Assembly: GCA_030167865.1 (NCBI GenBank)
Contig: JALAGF010004003.1
Coordinates: 1 to 64,000 of the forward strand
Origin: Craspedostauros australis
Lineage: Eukaryota
Reading direction: 5' to 3'
DNA length: 64,000 bases
This document shows, in pieces, positions 1 through 12,247 of the stretch (its first letter is position 1; each line of letters starts with the position of its first letter). The position numbers and the translations under genes are program-made. The notes under the pieces are model-generated. The model saw nothing but the letters and a program-made list of their open reading frames with translations. It searched no databases and was not told the origin of the DNA.

Positions 1-64
1 TCGATCCGAGTCGATCCGATTCGAGCAAAGTAGAGCAGAGCAGAGCAAAGCAGGCAGTACCAAC

Positions 65-2141
65 ATGCGCTTCAATGGATTTGGAAAGCTCGCGTTCGGC
101 CTTGCGGTCAGCACGCTGCACTGCGCGACCAACGTCAACCTCAACGTGAATGCAGAAAGCCGGTTGCAAGCCACGGTGAGTGCACCATCGAACATCGTGC
201 TCTACTCTCGAAGAGTGCACGGATGTGATGTGCTTGTACTTGTACTGGGACGATGCCTTGCCGCGCATCTTGATAGCATCTCCAGTGTCTGGAGCTCGTG
301 TCTGCATATGTCACCGCATGGATGAATGCGCAGCTCTGCACTCCATGGGTAGGGTGCCTATTGCCCTACCCGTACGACTATGCAGCTCGTATGCCATGTG
401 CGGTTACGCCAGAGCAGGGCAGGGGCGGCATCATCTGGCTCTACCTGGAGTACTTGTGCGTACGTATCCTCAGTGCGACCCTAATCCATATGAGCACATC
501 GTACTATATCATGCAACAACGCCATATCATCCTCATCCTCTTCGTCTTATTACTATTTTCAACATGCATGTCGACACGCCAATCGTTGCATAGTATCCCG
601 AAAACTTGAGGATGTCAGGTGGATACAACCACACGGATGCCCAATTCGGCTGGACCCCAACCATCGGATCCATGGAGCAGCCCGTGTACTACACTGATGA
701 TCCCATGTGCGATCGCAGCATCAATCGTGACGCACGTATTTGGCCAAGCCCAGACGATGATGGACATGGATCACTTCCTACCAGAACCTCTTTCATCCTC
801 ATGGTTGACCGGGGTGGCTGTTCCTTCGTGAGGAAGGTGCGGAATGCCCAGTATTCAGGTGCCAGTGCCGTGCTGATCGCCGACAACATCTGCCAGTGCT
901 CCTCAGGAAGCAGCTGCTTCTCAGATGATGTCGGGTGCGAAGCACACGAGCCAGACATGGGGGATGATGGTTCCGGTGGGGACGTTGGGATCCCGTCTTT
1001 CATGATGCTGAAGGAAGACGCCGATCAGTGGAAGCGCCTTCTCACTGAGGATTTCCCCGTCCGAGCCAAGATGTCGTGGTCCGCACCGGACGTTCATGAC
1101 CATGTGGACGTTGAGTTCTGGACAATTCCAACCCTTGGCGGCATGGGCAATGTGCCTCCCGAACCTTTACTCGGCAGCCTTGTCAATGCGTTGGGTGAGT
1201 CCGCAACCTTTACCCCGCACATGTCGGTGACTAGTGGGACCAAGTTCTTATGCGACCGCGCCTCCGACAGCGATCCCGAATGCAGTACCATGTGCACAAA
1301 CCATGGTCGATACTGCTCCCTGGAGGCATACTACTACTATGAGAATGGGGTCATTCAGGGCGCCAGCATTATGGCTGAGACTCTCCGTCGGCTTTGTATC
1401 TGGAGGAACTATGGAAGCGTTGACAATGGCTTCCGATGGTGGAAGTATGTCAATGAATTCACCACAACGTGCACCGGGGAATCCTTCAAGGATGATGACT
1501 GCATCACCGGCGCTATGGAAATCGCTGGTGTTGACGGGAGAGCCATCGACGAATGCATGTCCCATTCTGGTGGACTTGATGCAAACATCGAAAATACAAT
1601 TCTCCAAGCCGAGATGGAGCTTGCCGAAAGGAAGAGCCTCGTTGCCATACCATCGTTGTATGTCAACAAGAGGATGTTCCAAGGAAGATTCATCGCGGAG
1701 GAGATCCTCGGGGACATCTGCTCACGATTCACCGCCGAATCACTCCCTCGTGTTTGCATTTATTGTCGTTACCGCACGAATGTAGAGCAATGCATCAATG
1801 AAGTAGATGGAGACGGTGGAGGAAACCCGAAGGGAGGAGACGCGTATGGCTACGCCGACGATGACGGAGTGCTGATCGTTGACCCCATCCCCGCATCGCA
1901 AAAGCCGATCTCCCACACCACTTTCTTCGTCTCCGTGATTGCTCTGATTGGCACACTGGGTGCAGCTGGAGTCGTCTACCACCAGCGAACCCGCCGCAAC
2001 ATGCAGACCCAAGTCCGCGGCATTCTATCGGAGTACATGCTGCTCGACAACAGCAACAACCAACACGATGCATCGCTCGAGGCCGTTACACTTCCGACAA
2101 GCGCAGGTGTTGGATCCGTGCCGCTCGGACAAATGGGTTAG
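65..2141 (+). CDS. Vacuolar sorting receptor (BP-80/VSR-like, PA domain, type I membrane); 2 exons 65-175, 594-2141
   Basis: Signal-peptide exon ends at GTGAG (176). Acceptor TAG at 591-593 joins in frame (...RLQAT|YPENLRMSGGYNH). PA-domain motifs MVDRGGCSFVRKVRNAQ..GASAVLIADN, then CTNHGRYC, a C-terminal TM and an EYMLL tail (YXXphi). Confidence 0.88.
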
Positions 2142-2529
2142 GATTGGGCAGAGCCAGAAGGGAGGGGGCGGAATAGAACATCCATCAGAAAGACTCGGAA
2201 TTCAACACGCTCTCACTCATTGACTCTCGCCAGCATCATTGCGGTCACGATGAATCGGCTGTACGAACACCACGGCACCGTCGACCGTAACACAAGCTCT
2301 TTGCATAATACACATCAAGCGCGATGCTTAATATTTTTATTTTATGATAGTATATATAATAATAGATAAATAGTAATCGAATATTCGTTCTACCGTATGT
2401 TGGTTTGAATAGAGTGGCAAACACGGAGGTTGCGATCGCGCCCGGCATGTTCGCACGAGCACGGTATTTGTTTCTGCATACGTTCTGGTCTCCACCGTCG
2501 CGCTACGAGGCTCGTGCCATGCGAAGCCA

Positions 2530-2539
2530 GTGACGTCAC
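2530..2539. promoter_or_regulatory. Palindromic CRE/bZIP-like site GTGACGTCAC
   Basis: Perfect palindrome ~280 nt upstream of the LCM-like methyltransferase. Confidence 0.35.
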
Positions 2540-2816
2540 AACGAATGTCCAGAAGTGACCCGATTCCTTCTCGATCGTTCTTGTTTTCGCCGGTTCTCAA
2601 ACAAACACAATCAAACGCACCGACGACGAGCACAATGACGGTCGCAGACCCTGCGCAGAGCTTGGCAACGATCATGGCGCAAGACCAACATCCAGCATAC
2701 TCGTAGTTCGTGCGAGTAGAGGACCCTGCAGGGAGTGCAGGAGGCATCACATGGATCATTGGGGACCGTTGATCCACATCACATCATATCCGACTCGGAG
2801 CAAAGCGCAGCCCATC

Positions 2817-3944
2817 ATGATCGAAGGCAGAGCAAGCTTGACCGCCGCAACCGTCGCTCTTGTAGTGGCGCTGGAGTCGTATGTGAGCCACGACAGTGCA
2901 ATCGCCGGTGACGAGCATCTATCCGAGACGGGACGATCCACCATCCACACAAGCTCACGTTTGCAGCGAGACATCCTGCTGTGCATGTCGCGGCAGCGCA
3001 TGTTCCTTCCGCTGTGGACACTGCTGCAGGCTGTGCTGTGCCATGCCATCCCCGCCAATTGGTTCCGCCGATTTTGGCAGTGGGCGATGGGCAAGACCAT
3101 GCAAGGTCCAAAACTTCGCAAGCTGTACATGGAACAGCAGGTGCGCACCTTCTTGCAGAAGCAGCATGCCAAAGCGCAAGTCCTCATTCTGGCTGCCGGA
3201 TACGACACGATGGCATACCGGCTTGCGCACGAATATCCCGACGTCAACTTTGTGGAGGTGGATCATCCGTCGACGGGCGCCACGAAGATTGAGATGTTCC
3301 AGCGATACTTTGCTCACAAGCGAAGGGCGATCGGCGACGAGTTGCACTTTCCCGGAAATTTGTACTTTTGCCACATCAAATTGGGTGGGGATGCGCCGAC
3401 GACCTTGAAGGGTGCATTGACCGAAGGGTACATGATACATCATCTGCCGTCGCCGTCGAGGACAGCATCTCAGATGGTTCAGTCGTCCAGCAATCAAGTG
3501 TTCCATGCGAATACGCCGACGATGGTGGTGATGGAAGGGCTGTCATTCTACTTGAGCGAGGAGGAGAACCGTTCCATCTTCGAGCAGATCGACAGCGTCG
3601 TTGGCTGTCCTGGCACGGTGATGGCATTTGACTACTTCCACTTGGACGAGTACAAGCGGCCGCAGACCAAGGACACGAAGAAGACCCTGACTGCCTTGGG
3701 ATCGACATTCCTCAAGTACAAGGTCAAGCTATTCGGCGAGCCGTTCGTTTGGGGCACGGATCCGAAGGAACTGCCTGGCTTCTTCCGAGGTACGAATTGG
3801 AGGTTGATGAAGAATGCAGAAACGGTGCAAGAGGCCGGTCTCCTGTCATCGACGACCTTCGATTGCGGCCCTCAATCGACATCGTTGCAGCTCGGCATTG
3901 AGTATGAAGCCACGGTTGCTTGGGATAGCAAGAAGGATCAATAG
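2817..3944 (+). CDS. Class I SAM-dependent methyltransferase, leucine-carboxyl-methyltransferase (LCM)-like
   Basis: Motifs QVLILAAGYDT, FVEVDHP, VVMEGLSFYL and GEPFVWG. Start could be 2751 or 2817. Confidence 0.82.
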   Translation: MIEGRASLTAATVALVVALESYVSHDSAIAGDEHLSETGRSTIHTSSRLQRDILLCMSRQRMFLPLWTLLQAVLCHAIPANWFRRFWQWAMGKTMQGPKLRKLYMEQQVRTFLQKQHAKAQVLILAAGYDTMAYRLAHEYPDVNFVEVDHPSTGATKIEMFQRYFAHKRRAIGDELHFPGNLYFCHIKLGGDAPTTLKGALTEGYMIHHLPSPSRTASQMVQSSSNQVFHANTPTMVVMEGLSFYLSEEENRSIFEQIDSVVGCPGTVMAFDYFHLDEYKRPQTKDTKKTLTALGSTFLKYKVKLFGEPFVWGTDPKELPGFFRGTNWRLMKNAETVQEAGLLSSTTFDCGPQSTSLQLGIEYEATVAWDSKKDQ

Positions 3945-4513
3945 CCAATCTCAACGTATCTATTCTATTACGTGTTAATGTTGTGGCGTATGAGTGGAGT
4001 AGATATGGTATGATACCGACGTGTACTCTTCTGTACTCGCAGAGTGTCTTGAAGGCACGTTGGAAGGCTCTGCCGACTGTTTCCGTCTCTACATTCGATT
4101 GCATGCTATCGAAACCGTTCCCACGAAAGGAAAGTTCGCATCGCTCGATGAATCTCGCGTATCTTTGGGTCACAAAACAAGGTTTCTTGTTGTCTTCTTT
4201 CGGATCTTTTTTGTCGACCACGCGTGTTGGTGAGAAGAAAGCACACGGAACCGCACCCACATGGGTCTCCGAATGTCCACGAACCAACTCCGCTGTTCTC
4301 ACCAAGAAGGAGGAAGACCGCCTGGTTGCGCGAGAGAAGGAAGGAATGGCCTCTCTCTCTCTCCGCGTGAAAATCACACACACCAACGGCGCAGAGAGAG
4401 CCAGAACAACGGTCACAAAAAGAAAGGGAGACGGATCAATCAATCGATCGATCAATCATCACCAGCGACAGCAATAGCAATTGCAACAGCATACCCAAAC
4501 ACAACCAACCAAG

Positions 4514-6162
4514 ATGCCAGAGGAACGAATTTCGTGGAAGGAGAGCAACCTCGCTCTGATCGGGTCGGACCTCGACAAGAAGATCAAGCAGGCCGCCGCA
4601 GAAGGCGAGGAGAGCTGGGCTGTGATCGGAGAAGCCCCCGGCGTGAAGGTCTGGCGCATCGAGCAGTTCCATGTCGTGGCATGGCCCGAGGACAAGACCG
4701 GCACCTTCCACGTCGGCGACTCCTACATCGTCCTCAACTCCTGGACGGCGCCAGACGAGGACAAGCTCAACCACGATCTCTACATCTGGATCGGCAGCGA
4801 GTCGTCGCAGGATGAGTACGGCACGGCCGCCTACAAGATGGTCGAGGCCGATGACTACACGGGCGGCATCGCCGTGCAGCACCGCGAAGTGCAGGGCAAC
4901 GAATCCTCCAAGTTCAAGGCCCTCTTCGATGGTGCGCTGACCTACCTCGCGGGCGGCGTCGAGAGCGGGTTCAACCACGTCGAGCCCACCGTCGAGACGC
5001 CCTTCATGTACAAGGTCAAGGGCACGGAGAAGAAGATGTCCCTGACCCAGGTCGAGCTCTCCAAGGGATCCCTCAACAAGGGCGACTCCTTCATCATCTA
5101 CGCCGACGCCTCCAAGGTTTGGCTGTGGAACGGAGAAAGCGTACGTTCGTTCGATCGATCTGGTCACTGTCGTGTGGTCGTGGTTGTTGCTGTTGCTGTT
5201 TCTTGGTCAGATCATTTTATTCCTGTTTCTGTGTTGTGCTGCGTTGGCATTGCATTGCATCGCTTTTCTTGCTCTCCATCCTGTGCTTGTGCAGTGCATT
5301 GGTATTGGAATTGGTGTTGTAATACCTTGTCTATTCTCTCGCAATCGCTGCTGCTGCTGCTGCTGTGCTTGGACATAACCACAAGAACGAAAGGATCTCT
5401 GACTGAGCAATGCCAGAGGTCATAAGACGTGGTGGGCATGATGTTCCGTTGCGCGCGCAAATCGTATGTTGCATGCATCCTGATCCACAAAATGACGATG
5501 ATCCCAACTCACTTCTATCTCACGACACTCCGATCCTCGTTCTGTCTTCAATCCTTGCCGTACGTACGTTGATCGTTGCTTTACATACCGTACAAACTCG
5601 TGCCGCGACTTCCAATGTGACGGCGCTATCTACATGCCGCAACACAACGCTTGACAACGGACGCGTGCAGGCCAACCCAGACGAGAAGGCCCGCGCCAAC
5701 TCGGTGGCCGAGACCATGTGCACCGAAGGCACCGTCATCACGCTCGACCAGGGAGACGGAGACGAGGCCGACGAAGGCTTCTGGTCTTACCTTGGCGAAG
5801 GCGAGATCCAGGAGGCCGACGAGGAGGACAGCGCCGTGGAAGAGTTCACACCGCTCGTGTTCAAGCTCCCAGCCGACGGCGAGGCTGAGCAGGTGGCGAA
5901 GGGCGAGAAGGTCAAGATCGGATTCGGACCGGCCCAGTGCAAGCTTCCCAAGGACTGCCTCTCGGAGTCCGACGTCATGCTTCTCGACTCCGGCTGGGAG
6001 GTGTACCTGTGGGTTGGTAAGGATGCCGACCGCTCCGAGAAGCTCAGCGCCTTCTCCAAGGCCGATGCCTACTGCAAGGACGACCCGCGCACGATGAACC
6101 TGCCAGTGACCTTCGTCAAGTCGGGATACGAGAGCTCCGAGTTCAACGCCTACTTCGTGTAA
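4514..6162 (+). CDS. Severin/fragmin-like gelsolin-family actin-severing protein (3 gelsolin repeats, ~372 aa); exons 4514-5140, 5671-6162
   Basis: VWRIEQF, GDSYIVL, WIGSESSQDEYGTAAYKMVE, QHREVQGNES, GGVESGF. GTACGT...GTGCAG intron 5141-5670 joins WNGES|ANPDEK in frame. Confidence 0.93.
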
Positions 6163-6911
6163 GGCTCGACGGCTGGACGATTGTCTCTTCCTTCCGCGCA
6201 AGCCTTGTTCCGATCCGCCATTCTGCGGCAGGTGGCCGTGCGGTGATCGAGAGCAGTGGTGCTGTCCAAGTTCGCCGTGAACGACGACCAACGACAGCAT
6301 CATTGCAACACATCTCACGTGCACCTTCCCATCAATCATCGATTGATAAAGCATGGTAGAATACCCTCAATAGCAGTGATGTTCAATTTCATGTCGATAC
6401 ATAACGTTTATTTCTAGAGAGAGGGAGGGAGGATGGATGAGTGTACATGTTTGCATGGTGACTAAGATGTGAATAGTGTTGTATTGGTATCGGTAGCTTA
6501 TTGTATCGTCAGGTAAAGCATGTTTGCTGCTCCTGCTCAGAATGGAGAAACATGAGAGGTGCCGTGGCTGCTTCCCAATGGAGCGCAAAGATGTTCCCAA
6601 CATGCATGGATCTGTTCTGTCTATGCGAATGGGCAATGCCTTCTACATTGTCATGCTGCCTTACACAATCTTGCGTTCGTTCAGACCCGATCAGATGTTG
6701 CCCCACTCGTTCTTCACCACTCGCATGTCATCAGCAATTGCTTTGATCAATCTCTCACTCGCACTCTCCGCCAATCTAGCATCGGTATCGCTGCTGCCGT
6801 TTTATAATACATAATCTCTCTGTTTGTTATGGTGTCGAGTGGAGTGAAGTGAAGTGGAGTGTTGCTTGACTCTCACATACTCCAACATACGAGCACGTCT
6901 GGCACCACCCT

Positions 6912-7754
6912 CTACAAGGCTCCCGAGAAAAATTGATCGCGTGCCTTGAGCAATGCCTGCGCCAGTCCCATCTCACCGGAAACACCCGATGGCATGCCCT
7001 GTGTCTGCGCCATGCCGGGCTGCGCGGCATCCTCCATGGCACCATCATCGTCGCGCAGAAGCACGGCGGATGAGAGCTTCGTCGGGTCCGTCTCCAGAAT
7101 GATGCCGCCATCGCAATGCTCATCAATCAGCAGGAACACAAGCTCGAGATTGTCCAGCACCATCGTCCGGTCCGTGTTGCCGCCCATGAGCTGGGACAGG
7201 GCCTCGTACATGCCCTCGCAGAGATGCGCCAGCACCAATTCGCTTTCGTTGGAGGCACCGACGTGGACGATGCGGACGTCGCCGCCTCCGGCACCGCCCT
7301 GGTTGGCACCGCCGCAGAAGACCGCCGTCTTGCCCATGACCGTGACGACCTCGGCGGCATCCATGCGCGCCACGACGCCACCGAATTTGATCTGCAGCTG
7401 CTTTTCGAAGTCTGATCTCAGATCCTCCGATGACTTGGCGGCGGTTTCCGGTGCCTTCAAGAAGTCGCCGTAGTATTTGCCGGCCAGTCGGGAACCTTCT
7501 CCATCCAGCACGAGGATGGCGTCGATTGTGGGGAGTAGTGGAGCCAAAGTCTGGAAACAGAGAGAAACCAAGAGAGACAGACAGGTTGATCAGGAAGGTT
7601 GGTTGGACAGCATGGCATGCAGAGTGTGAGAGAAAGCTATGATCAAAGACGACGATCGTTGCCAGTCGTGTATGCCGTAACGCCGCCGTGTCTGTTGCGG
7701 TTGGCGCAGGGCGCACACACAGGTACATCCACAACGTTGGAGGCGACGTACCAT
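6912..7754 (-). CDS. COPZ: Coatomer zeta subunit (longin/clathrin-adaptor small-chain fold); exons 7752-7754 (ATG only) and 6912-7550
   Basis: AILVLDGEGSRLAGKYY, NESELVL, LDNLELVFLLIDE..DGGIILETDP, LAQALLKARDQF. The minus strand reads ATG|GTACGT...TTTCCAG|ACTTTG. Confidence 0.88.
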
Positions 7755-8639
7755 GATCGCAGTTGCTTATGTTTGTATGCGTGCGTGCGTGTTTGCTATT
7801 GAACTACTGCCGTTGTTATTGGGTTGCTGCCGTGAAGTGTGAATCCGTTCCGATGCCTCTCGCTGTCTTGCTGCCGTCGTGGAGAGTTGTGTGACTGTTG
7901 CCGTTGTGTCGTGTCGTGTCGTGCCTTTCGCATCGCGCCATTGTCCCTGTCTGCCGTTGCGGATTCGGTGTTGGTTGTTCCAATGATCGAGCACGATGAC
8001 CTGTTTGTGCCACTGGAGAAGCACACGCACCGAATCTTGTATAATTACGACTGGACGAAATGACGCTTTGGCGAATCGAAATCATGGTGGCGAAGCTACA
8101 TGCCACCATCCTCGACGAGTGTAGGAACAGGATAGGAGCCCGCATCTCTCCATCCGATCATCTCGAAGATTGAGCAGCGTGACTACACACTGTGCGAAAT
8201 CGCTGATATATAATATTGTACGCTATACCATCCGCGTGCGCAGCTCATCAATGGTTCAACACGTGTTACGCAGAGTTAAGATATTGGCAAATGTCTGCTG
8301 TTTCGATGGAAGTGAGATTGTAGTAAACGTTCCATAGGGGTACGCCACGAGTATTACATTGCGTACATGCTTGTACCGCCGCGCGAGTAGATGAGAATGG
8401 CGTGGCCGCGTCCATGACACAAATCGACATTCTCTGCCAAGCTCTACCATACTCGTAGGTACGGACATCCGATGCGCACCGATGCTTCGCTCCGTCATTC
8501 TACTCTTCCAAAGGATGATTGACTGGACTACTACGGCGCCATGCATCTGGTATGGTATCCTGGACTACTCCTTTGCTGTGCTGCGCACGGAGAAAACAAG
8601 CGTTTTGGAACAATTGCGACACATATGCGCACGAGTACG

Positions 8640-9743
8640 CTAGTTTGGATTCTTGAGCTGCTCCTCGAGGGATTTGACGTCGCCCAGCTCCCACACCTTG
8701 AGGATCTTGCCATTCTTGCACGTGAATTCGGAGGCGCCCATCCACGCCACGGTCTTGCCGGTGGGCGGGAATCCGAGCAGCACGCCTGTGTGCTTGCCGG
8801 TGAAACGCAGCCGGCAGAATGCCTTGTTGGTTTCGACGACCATGGAATGAATTTCGCAGTGATAATCCGTGAGGGCGTCTCGCACCGTCGTGACCATTCT
8901 CGCAAATCCGTCGTGTCCCACTCTGTCCATGCCGACGTGGCCGTTGAACCGCAGGGATGGGTGGCACACCTCGGGGATGAGCTCGATTTCTCCGCGATTC
9001 CAAATGTCTGATATGAAGCGCTTGACTAGGTCGCGCGTGATTTCAATGGTGGCCAGAGCCTGGTTGCCGACCGGCATGTTGGTGACGGAACTTCCCGTGG
9101 CGTTGCTGCTGCTGCCGTTCATGTTGTTGCTGTTGTTGTTGTTGCTGTTGGCGGTGGACGCCGAGGCGAGGCCCGACATGGGCTGTCCGTTGGGGTGATG
9201 CATGTGGGCCTGATGCTGCGGCATGCCGCCTCCCGGAGCCGACTGCGACATCGTCGGTGGTTTCATGTGCTCCATGGAGGCCGGTGGCATCATCGGCGGC
9301 TGCTCCTGCTGCATGGGAGGCTGGTGGGGTTGGTAGACATTCGGCGGCGGCGCCTTTTGCGGTGCCGGTGGCTGGGTGTTGTGCTGATGCTGGAGCCGTT
9401 CCGTGGGGGTGAGCTTGGTGATGGTGGTCTCGTTGACCAGGCGCCCTTGGGCATCCGTGGTGGTTGTGGTCACATGCTTCTCGTCGCCGATGATCTTGAT
9501 GACCTTCTGCTGCGTCGTGGGTGGCTTGGGTGGGGTCGGAGTGGCGGCAGCTTTGGGTGGTGCGGCCTTGCGCTGCCTCGACGGGTTGTTCGTTCCTGCC
9601 GCTGGCGTTTTCTTCTTCGCGATCTTCGAAGCTGCACCTGCATTCGCCGAAGCAGAACTGGTCGCTGCGTTGCCACTGCTGCTGCCCGCCTTCTTCGACG
9701 AATCCTTCTTTCCCGCCTTGTTCTTCTTTCCAAAGAATCCCAT
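8640..9743 (-). CDS. SnoaL-like ester cyclase / NTF2-fold domain with long N-terminal low-complexity region
   Basis: C-terminal ~130 aa: LVKRFISDIWNRG...RLRFTGKHTGVLLGFPPTGKTVAWMG...NGKILKVW. N-terminus is K/P/Q/N-rich. Confidence 0.85.
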   Translation of the reverse strand: MGFFGKKNKAGKKDSSKKAGSSSGNAATSSASANAGAASKIAKKKTPAAGTNNPSRQRKAAPPKAAATPTPPKPPTTQQKVIKIIGDEKHVTTTTTDAQGRLVNETTITKLTPTERLQHQHNTQPPAPQKAPPPNVYQPHQPPMQQEQPPMMPPASMEHMKPPTMSQSAPGGGMPQHQAHMHHPNGQPMSGLASASTANSNNNNSNNMNGSSSNATGSSVTNMPVGNQALATIEITRDLVKRFISDIWNRGEIELIPEVCHPSLRFNGHVGMDRVGHDGFARMVTTVRDALTDYHCEIHSMVVETNKAFCRLRFTGKHTGVLLGFPPTGKTVAWMGASEFTCKNGKILKVWELGDVKSLEEQLKNPN

Positions 9744-11656
9744 GTTGTTGCTGTTGCTGCTGCGACTGCTGCTCGTATGCTATTCTGGCTTGTGCTGTGC
9801 TGGCTGTTTCGCGGGCTGCTTGCTCTCCGCTCTCCACTGTTGCCTTTGCCTTCGCCTTCTGCGTTGCGAGGATTATGAGGGCAGATACCAATGCCAATGC
9901 CAACGCCAGTGGGGTATGCTTTGTGCGACTGAGCGTGAATGACCAAGACAATCGATTGGATTGGGCTTCGTCGGTCTCCACTTGTGTTCGATTGGTGCAA
10001 CTGCTTGTCGCCGGGACTCTTGCGGATACGGATGACCAATAGTGTATAGAATCCTAGACACGCAGAGCAGGAAAGTGCCCAACGTACAGTACTCTCTTCG
10101 AGTATATAATGTGTGCGACGATGATGGATGTCTCCAGTCACTGTTCACCTCACCAGGATGGCAACAAATAACGCAGTTCCGCGTTGATTTCACTCGTGCA
10201 AGGGCGTGGTATTGCAGAGTGTGGCGTCGTGTCTTGTCCTATCGTGTCGCGTTGTCACGTCTCTTAGATCGTACGAGCTTTGTAATACGATGGTGCTTGA
10301 GCAGCGCAGACTTGAGTATGGTATGGTATGTCACTTTGGGATGGTGGTCCGACTGATGATTGTGATGCGAGCCTCACGAGAACCCAAACCTTGGTGTGCT
10401 TCAGAATGCTTCTGGGTTGTCACTTCTTGTTGACTTCTTGTGTGTGCGGAGGTTTCGGCTCTTGCGTCGTGACTGGTTCCTCCGCTCCAATTCTGATCTG
10501 CGCAGTCTTCTTGCTTCGTCTTTGTTTGTTGTTGCAAGATGTCTGTGTCCGTGCTGACTCTTGTCGTTGTTGATTCTTGGTTGGACCTCTGTTGCTGCGG
10601 ATGTTGTGGCTTCGCCCCTGATGTCTGTGTGTGCGCTGGTGAGTCACGTTGGATCGTGCGTGTGGGAGTCTTCGTCCGTTCTCCAATTTCCGAAAAATTT
10701 GGCAATTCGAATCAAGAGGTCGTTCGAGTCAACCAAGATAGCTGATTCGACCCGTTTGACCACATGCACAAAACCATTTCCACATTGAAGCACATCGAGG
10801 CGAACTGGAAGATGGGAGATCTTGTGAGAGGAAAAACCATTCCAACGACATTGCGGCGAACGCAGTCTTGGTGTCTTGGATGATGTGAAATCAGGCATGA
10901 TGTGAAATCAGGGAGGATGCATCCGTCGAATGCTCTTGGATACTTATCGAGTGGAAGGAGTTGGCGTGGTATTCCAATCCAAAGTAGTCGCTCCTTTCAC
11001 TCGTGGTGTTGTTGTCGTTTTCGCCCCGGCGACCCCGTTACGTTCGTCGGTCCAAGATGTTCGGGACGACGAACAACGCGGCCCCCAAATGACAAAGATC
11101 GTTCTTGGTTGGTGAGGAAGGGCAAAGTGTGTGAAGATTCCTCGCCAGCTGCCGAGGGCGGCGTAATTTGTTCGCGCGCCTGCGGCTGAAGGCAAGATTG
11201 GTGCAGACCCACACAGACGCGAATGATCGGTCGAATGGAAGAACATCTAGCTCAAGACATGATTCATGCGTGATCTTGGAGATTCGTTGATACGCAGAGC
11301 ACGGAGTAGAATGCAACAAGAGCAGAGCAGAGTGCTATGAACATGATGTGATGTGCTGGTACGATCGTATGGATTGGAAGTGGAGTAATTGCTTCTATTT
11401 GTAAAATTTACTCCGCTTGGTCTTGAATTGTTCTCTGTGGTTCTTGTCTCTATGGGTTGTTGCTGTGGCGCGCATCTGTGCGCATCCCAGCGTGTTCGTC
11501 TTGGTCTATCTATGGTGTTGTGTGTTTGGTATGTTCGTGTTGATTGCTCTCTCGCAATCGTTGTCTCTTGTCTTGTTCTTGTTGTTTGTTTCTTTCTTTG
11601 TGCCTCTATGGTGGTGTTGTATCGTGCTTGGTTGTGGTTGTTCCACGTTTGCATGT

Positions 11657-12247
11657 TTACTTGGTGAGGAGTGGCTGTCTGCAGCATGGGCAGCTGCAGC
11701 TCTTCTGGAGCCAGTGGTGCAGGCAGTCCTTGTGGAAGACGTGCTTGCAGGTGTCCTTGGAGACGCTGACGATCTCATCTTCCTCGAAGTCGCTGAGGCA
11801 GATGGAGCACATGAGGTCCTCCTTGCAGTATGCGGCGGTGGTTGGTGGCTGCTGTGGCGCGTGAGCGGTTGGGTTGTACTTGGATTCCTTCCAGGTCTCC
11901 TGCACGAGCTGCTCGTCCATGAGCTTCTCAACGAAGGCTGGGAGGTTCTCGGCGTCGGTGCCGTAGATGGAGTAGGCGAAAGAATCGCTGCCATCATCGT
12001 ACTCGCCGTCCATGTCGAGGCCATCGGCGCCATCGGCCGGGGTGCGGACCTGCTTGACGACGGAGAAGCAGCTGCGGATGACGGTCTGCACGGCATCAGC
12101 CACGAGAAGAACCATGATGAGTCCGAGAAGGCCGAGCAGTCTCAGCGGTGACTGGTCCTTGCGGAAGATGACATAGCAGATCTTGGTGGGTGTGAGGTAC
12201 GAACTCTGGGAGAACGATGTGAGTCGGTCGATGCCTGGGAAGAACAT
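11657..12247 (-). CDS. RING-H2 E3 ubiquitin ligase with N-terminal TM (ATL-like)
   Basis: CSICLSDF...CKHVFHKDCLHHWL...CPCCR and hydrophobic LLGLLGLIMVLLVA. ATG at 12247 follows an A/C-rich leader. Confidence 0.88.
   Translation of the reverse strand: MFFPGIDRLTSFSQSSYLTPTKICYVIFRKDQSPLRLLGLLGLIMVLLVADAVQTVIRSCFSVVKQVRTPADGADGLDMDGEYDDGSDSFAYSIYGTDAENLPAFVEKLMDEQLVQETWKESKYNPTAHAPQQPPTTAAYCKEDLMCSICLSDFEEDEIVSVSKDTCKHVFHKDCLHHWLQKSCSCPCCRQPLLTK

Noticed and set aside
65-7754. VSR, severin and zeta-COP as a trafficking cluster
   Set aside because: They act in different pathways, are interrupted by a methyltransferase, and are common gene classes, so proximity is plausibly chance.
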